A stretch of 64,000 nucleotides of DNA, from assembly GCA_963717465.1 (NCBI GenBank), contig OY970340.1, forward strand, positions 2,400,001-2,464,000, given 5' to 3'. The notes under the pieces are model-generated. The model ran no database searches, was not told the DNA's origin, and was given only the letters and a program-made list of their open reading frames with translations. A program made the position numbers and the translations under genes. Of the stretch, positions 58,531 to 64,000 are shown piece by piece. Within the stretch, counting starts at the first letter, position 1, and every line of letters starts with the position of its first letter. The stretch is from Candidatus Bathyarchaeota archaeon (GTDB taxonomy: Archaea > Thermoproteota > Bathyarchaeia > Bathyarchaeales > Bathycorpusculaceae).

Positions 58531-59997
58531 TTACTCATATTTTTTAAGATCAGCTAATGCTGCTTTACTTTGTTCTATACGAAGTTTAAGTTCTTCTTTG
58601 AATTTTTCATTGTTGTTAATCATGTCAGTGGCTTCTTCCACAATAACGCTTTTTGAATCGCCATATCTTTCAATAGATTCCTGAATTTCTTGAGCTTTCT
58701 TCTCAACTACCGCTGCATCATTTCCCATATTAGCTGCTATCTTTGTTACTTGCGCCACATCGTTAACAACAGTCTCAGCTAATTTCCCAACGTCCTTTGC
58801 GATAACTGCAACGCCTTTAGCGATTTTCTCCAGCTCCTGAGCAGCAGACGTCTGCTCCTCAACCGTAGCAGAAACCTCCTCAGAAGCAGAAGAACTCTCC
58901 TCAGCAATACTAGCAACCTCATTAATCGTCCTAACAACACTATTCAGTGCATTAAGACCCCGATCAACACCACCCGTCAAATCACTCACTTTACTAGTCA
59001 TAGTCTCCATAATCTTAGCAATACCCTCAGCCTCCTTAATCGCATCCAAAACCACCTTCGTACCTTCAGCCGCATTAGTCTGAGACTGAGTAGCAATAAC
59101 ATTAGTCTGCGTTCCTGCATCTTTAATTCCCTTCACAAGGCTAATGGCTGATCCTGCAGCTACTTTTGATTGACCCGCCAAACCTTTAACCGCATCAGCA
59201 ACAACCGCAAAACCTCTTCCAGCCTCACCAGCCCTAGCCGCCTCAATCGCCGCGTTCAAAGCCAACATATTAGTCTGACCAGCAATATCCGACACACTAT
59301 TAGCCATCTGACCAACCTGCTCAACACTATTAACCATCGAAACCACCGCATCAGACACTTTAGTAATATTAGTCTTAATATCCTCAATAGCATGCAAACC
59401 CTGCTGACCCTTCTCATTAGCATACTTAGACTTCCTCAAAGCCTCCCCCGTAACAGAAGAAGCCTCCTTAGCAATAATATCGGCTTCATCCATAACTTTC
59501 TTTAAGGATTCTGTGCTTTTTGCTGCCTCCTGGGAAAGCTCAGCTAACTTTTGTGCCCCAGTAGATACTTGTTGTGATGCAGTGCTAACCTGCTGCATGC
59601 CTAAAGACATCAAATTTGACGTCTTTTCCACCTGCTTGCTCATGTTGTCAACGCTGACACCAGCTTTGGCGACATCTTGGGCACTTGCTAAAACTTTTTC
59701 AGCGTAGCTGCCAGCTTCTTTTGCTGAACCTGCGAATTTGGAAATTATTTCTGATGTGCTGATTGCAAGCTCGGCTGTGTTAACAACTAATACGTTGCTA
59801 TCGGTAACCGAAGTATTAATCTTGTTAGCAGAGTTTATACAACCATCGCTGTTTCCCATTATTTTCTCCGTAAATTGAATATCTTCTTCAAGTTTCTTTG
59901 CGTACATTTGCAGTATTTCTTGGTTCTGAGCTCGAAGCTTTTCAATTTCTTTTTCAAGCTGCTCTATTTTTCCTTTTTCTTGAGGCTCAGCAGTCAT
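58531..59997 (-). CDS. Soluble methyl-accepting chemotaxis protein (MCP-3)
   Basis: MCP hairpin-tip motif; paralog of MCP-1 and MCP-2. Confidence 0.95.
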   Translation of the reverse strand: MTAEPQEKGKIEQLEKEIEKLRAQNQEILQMYAKKLEEDIQFTEKIMGNSDGCINSANKINTSVTDSNVLVVNTAELAISTSEIISKFAGSAKEAGSYAEKVLASAQDVAKAGVSVDNMSKQVEKTSNLMSLGMQQVSTASQQVSTGAQKLAELSQEAAKSTESLKKVMDEADIIAKEASSVTGEALRKSKYANEKGQQGLHAIEDIKTNITKVSDAVVSMVNSVEQVGQMANSVSDIAGQTNMLALNAAIEAARAGEAGRGFAVVADAVKGLAGQSKVAAGSAISLVKGIKDAGTQTNVIATQSQTNAAEGTKVVLDAIKEAEGIAKIMETMTSKVSDLTGGVDRGLNALNSVVRTINEVASIAEESSSASEEVSATVEEQTSAAQELEKIAKGVAVIAKDVGKLAETVVNDVAQVTKIAANMGNDAAVVEKKAQEIQESIERYGDSKSVIVEEATDMINNNEKFKEELKLRIEQSKAALADLKKYE

Positions 59998-60409
59998 TTT
60001 TTACAAATCCTTTTTATTTTAATGGATTTGTTATTAATTTATTGATAAGTATCTTGCGACTTTATAATACATAATTAGAATTTTTTAATACAATACAAAT
60101 TTATCAATAAATTGCTTCTAATTAGCGCTTATAACGCAACAAGACAATGTTTGACAAATAAAGCGACCAAAAAGTTTAAAAGAAATCTGGCCCGGAAAAA
60201 GAAATTTTTGATGAGAGATCATTCGTATTCGAGCTATGCAAAAATTATGGTCTTTCATCACTTTCAAGCATCATCTGCATGTTTAACAATCGCTTCTCAA
60301 AAAACAAATAATGAGTCTGATAATGCATATTCTTTGATGGTTTTAGACCTATAAATTTATACAAGAACAAAATTAGAATTATGGGAATTGCAGAATTTTC
60401 CCTGATTGT

Positions 60410-60901
60410 TTATTTTTTGCTTTCTTGGAAGAGTTTCTTTATTGCGTTCATTCTTGCTTTCTGCGCTAGAACATCGCTTGTTACTATTGTTAATGCTTCT
60501 TCTGGGCACCATTTGACGCATTGCGGTTCGCCTTTTTCTTTACACATGTCGCAGACGTAGACTATTTTGGTTTCTGGATGCAGCATTATGGCTCCGTAGG
60601 AGCAGGCTTCTATGCACCAGCCGCAACCGTTACATTTGTCTTTGTCAACGGTAATTGTTCCTGTTTCCTCGGATTGTGTTAAGGCGTCTCTTGGGCAAGC
60701 TGCAACACATGCGGGTTCTTCGCAGAGTCTGCATGTAACGGCCATGTTAGCTAACTGGTTAACTCTGACAGCGCGTATTCTTGATTTTAATGGGTTAAAA
60801 GCTTTCTCTTTGGTCATTGAGCAAGCATACTCGCATATTTGGCAGCCAACGCATTTGTCCGGGTCAGCTGAAACAAATTTTTTCTCGTGAATTTTAACCA
60901 T
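60410..60901 (-). CDS. 4Fe-4S dicluster electron-transfer protein (AOR partner)
   Basis: CVGCQICEYAC, CRLCEEPAC, CNGCGWC, CDMC. Confidence 0.93.
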   Translation of the reverse strand: MVKIHEKKFVSADPDKCVGCQICEYACSMTKEKAFNPLKSRIRAVRVNQLANMAVTCRLCEEPACVAACPRDALTQSEETGTITVDKDKCNGCGWCIEACSYGAIMLHPETKIVYVCDMCKEKGEPQCVKWCPEEALTIVTSDVLAQKARMNAIKKLFQESKK

Positions 60902-60904
60902 AAT

Positions 60905-62766
60905 TTACGCCTTCTTCTCCTCAATTATACTGGAATAATCATTCAATCCTAATTCCTCAAGCTTAGCTTTAGTAGGCACGCCATCCAATGTCCAACCGCG
61001 CGCCTTATAATAGTCATCCAGCAACAGATCAAGTTCATCCTGAGATACAAATGCACCCTTCGTTGGTCCATCATCTGGGATTGGCAAATTCATAACTTTC
61101 CATGGCAACGTATCATCTTTTCTGCCTAAGCCTTCTCTAGTGTTGATGAGTCTTGCAACATTGTTTATTCTTTGACCAGCAGCCGCAATTTCTTCAGGCG
61201 ACATTTCAAATCCTGTAACTAAACTGTAGAGTTTAGCCAGCTCCACCATCTCCTTGTAAAATGTTCCTTTGGCATTCTTGCAGACAATTAATGAATCAAT
61301 AACTGAGTAAGAATCTTCAAGGTCTTCAACCAGTTTTGCCTCGTCCTTTCTCAGCTTTCAACCGATCAACTTTATTGGTTAAGTCTAAAACGTAAGCGCC
61401 GCTTCTATTGTGATCTGCTCCACGGAAAGAAACCGCGTACCCCAACGCTGCAGTTTTAAGGCATCGGGCGTCATATCCTGTAACTTCTAATCCTTTAATA
61501 TGTTGAGCAAGCTTGTCAGAACCTTTTCCAATTTTGGCTGCTGCAGCTTTTACTCCGTCAGCAAGGACTTCGCCGATTCCTTCACGTTTACCCATAAGTT
61601 CAAGAAGCTTTAACATTGCTTCAGCATTGCCAAAGCTGAGCATCAATTCCGCCTAATTCTTCTTTGGAAAGTATGCCTTTTTCATAGCAATCCATTGCAA
61701 ATCCAACAGTTACTCCTGCGCTTTGCACATCCATGCCATAGTAATTGCATAATTCAGCGCCTTTAATTATAGCATCAAGTTTGTCTATGCCACAGTTTGG
61801 TCCAAGAGCCCAGACTGCATCATATTCCATTCGAGCCATGGTTCCCTTGTATGGTCCATCGCGAATTACTGCTTCATGTTCACATCGCATTGGACAAGAG
61901 TTGCAGGCGATGATTTTTGAAATATAAGTTTGATTTAATGCTTCCCCGCTTACTTTATCCGCGTTCATCAAAGTACAGAATTATTGTAATTGCGGGTAGG
62001 CATACAACTTGCTCCGTTATTGATAAGAACGTTTTCAACCGTGCCTAAACCTCGATACTTCTGCGTTGCTGGGCCTTTCATTCTTTCATGAAATTCCTTA
62101 ACCATATCCATAAATTCTTCAGGTTTAGCTACAACTATGTCGTGTGTTCCTCTAACAGCAATAGCTTTAAGGTTCTTTGAACCCATGACAGCGCCTAAAC
62201 CCGTTCTGCCAGCCGCACGAGTTTTCTCGTTCAGTATACTCGCGATTTTAGATTGTTTTTCTCCTGCTAAACCTATTGAGGCCACTCGAACATACGAGTC
62301 TCCAAGCTCATTCTTAATCGCCTCTTCAGTTTCCCACGGAGATTTCCCCCAAACAGCTGCAGCGCCAAACAATTGAACTGAATCATCATCTATCCATAAA
62401 TAAACAGGCCTTTCAGATTTACCAGTCAACACAATCAGCGTCGTAACCTGCTCTTTTTAATTCTGCGCCGAAAGTGCCATGACTTACCGCTTCACCAACG
62501 CCTCCAGTTGCTGGCGACTTTGAAATAAACGCGTGCCCGTTTCCTCCTGTTGGAAACATCGTTCCTGAAACTGGACCAAGAGCTAAAACCAAAGGGTTTT
62601 CAGGGCTAAGCGGGTCTACACTTGCTTTTGAATTAGTTAGCCATAAATGCATTCCTAACCCTATGCCGCCAATGTATTTTTTAGCTGTTGCTTCATCTAA
62701 TTTTTCAATATGAGTCTTGCCATTGGATAAATCAACAAATAAAATTTTTCCTGCGTAACCTAGCAA
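60905..62766 (-). CDS. aor: Aldehyde:ferredoxin oxidoreductase (W), broken into five ORFs by frameshifts
   Basis: GYAGKILFVDLS, KSPATG, ELKRAGYD, AAGRTGLGAVMGSKNLKAI, CNSCPMRC, EYD, DTLP, YYKARGW in collinear order. Confidence 0.88.
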
Positions 62767-63187
62767 ACCTATTCCTCACCTATATTTTTGAGTGTCTATA
62801 CTCCTTTGAACAGTATATTAAGTTAATGGGTATTAATTTTAAATTTTAGGTTTCTTCTAACCTAAAAAAGATTCATGTAAACAGCAAAGAACACAAGTCC
62901 ATTTAATTCAATTTTCAGAAATATATGAAAAATCTCTAAAAACACTCATATTCATGCGATGACCAAACATCAAGTTAGAAACTTAATAAATATGGAGAAC
63001 ATCCTAAAACATGAAGCTCTGTATGCAAAAGTCGACTTGTGAAACTCAATCTTGATAGACTTGATGGCGCTAGAATTGCTTGAAAGCACTTATTAACCGT
63101 AGACATGTCGGAAGTTGAGAAGTTAATGAATACTGAAAGAAAATCGGACTTGGACTGATCGGGAAAAAAAGGCTAAAATCTAATTCA

Positions 63188-63658
63188 GATAAAATCGAAG
63201 TTAAAGAATTATTCAAAGCAGACATTCCCGAAATAGAAGCCTTGCTTAAAATAGTCTGGTCAACCGCTTTTGAATATCCCCAAGATTGGAGAAGAAAAAG
63301 GAATGCTGATCACAAGAGCAAATTTTGCAGGAGATGCAAAAAGGTTACCATTATTTTGGAATAAGAATTGGCGACAAACTTGCTGGATTGTACAAAGCGA
63401 TAATCACAGAAAAAGGTTTGCTTGGTGAACACCAAGCGGTTGATCCAGACTTTAGAGGGCAGAGGTCTTGCAACCGCTATGTACCTTCAATTCATGGATT
63501 TTTGCAAAAAGAATAAATGTGGAAAAGTTTACATAAACATTCTTGCGAAACAAACAGCCAGTATAAAAATAATGGAGAAACTGGGTTTCCAAAAGAGCGG
63601 ACAAGAGTACGAGCAGGCAAAAGGCATGCTAGTTCAAATTTACGAGAAAAAAGTTTGA
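63188..63658 (+). pseudogene. GNAT acetyltransferase, frameshifted; start uncertain
   Basis: AVDPDFRG(R)GLA motif split across frames; ASIKIMEKLGF. Confidence 0.7.
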
Positions 63659-63669
63659 GAGGAGAAATT

Positions 63670-64000
63670 TTGAGTTTCACCCGTCTGAAGATTGAGTTGC
63701 TATGTAAGGGTGCTAAAACAAGGGAAAACATAGAGAAGGGACGCAAGGGTGGTGCAGGCCCAACTGGGGGACAATATTTCATTCTTCCTGATGGGACTTG
63801 TGTAGGGATTCCTGTACGTGCAAAATTTGTGGAAAATTCTCCGTTTTCGCTAATACAGAAAGAGGGAAAATGGTTTATTCTAAAAGGCAAGAAAACCGCT
63901 TGTTGAAGTAAAGCCTATACCAAAACCACCTTTTTACGAAAAGACCACTTCTGATGGCACACCGATGAAGAAAATCGCTGTTCTACACGCAAAAGACACA
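63670..64000 (+). CDS. Radical SAM protein N-terminus (MSMEG_0568-like), runs off the window, frameshift near 63895
   Basis: RKGGAGP...SPFSL...P.FYEKTTSDGTPMKKIAVLH. Confidence 0.6.

Noticed and set aside
33667..64000. Many frameshifts (LysR, radical SAM, VIT, HdeD tail, AOR x4, GNAT, terminal radical SAM) as programmed frameshifting or mass pseudogenisation
   Set aside because: The fragments are collinear with intact motifs and the breaks look like single-base indels, often in short homopolymers. Sequencing error is the simpler explanation; reads are needed to decide.

Overview
Archaeal chromosomal window, most likely Bathyarchaeia (inferred from the archaeal CCA-adding enzyme, the UPF0200/UPF0201 pair, AOR and general gene content; no database check was possible). 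(1) 1 to ~12.3 kb: right part of an integrated virus- or satellite-like element with an SF3/D5 helicase, an 867-aa tail-hub-like protein, many small Cys-rich ORFs and two divergent operator regions. (2) ~14.8-39.7 kb: mostly housekeeping and metabolic genes (cca, thpR, class II HMG-CoA reductase, a dsrE-tusA-double-cubane reductase operon, LysR). Two soluble chemoreceptor genes here share a 563-bp apparently identical core in inverted orientation. An IS110 remnant, a 129-bp MITE, a vapBC pair and a degenerate tRNA-Leu-like sequence are also present. (3) 39.9-48.6 kb: tRNA-Pro(GGG) followed by at least six degenerate copies of its 3' end. Four of these extend into a conserved ~45-bp repeat, and the copies divide the DNA into 0.85-2.5 kb units of one or two genes each. 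This tRNA-anchored, cassette-array-like structure is the best candidate for an undescribed system. (4) 49-64 kb: pepF, a transhydroxylase (AthL/BthL)-like molybdoenzyme cluster, a third chemoreceptor with strongly recoded synonymous sites, and AOR. Many single-base frameshifts (LysR, radical SAM, VIT, AOR, GNAT) are probably sequencing indels. No CRISPR array, rRNA or intact integrase is visible.
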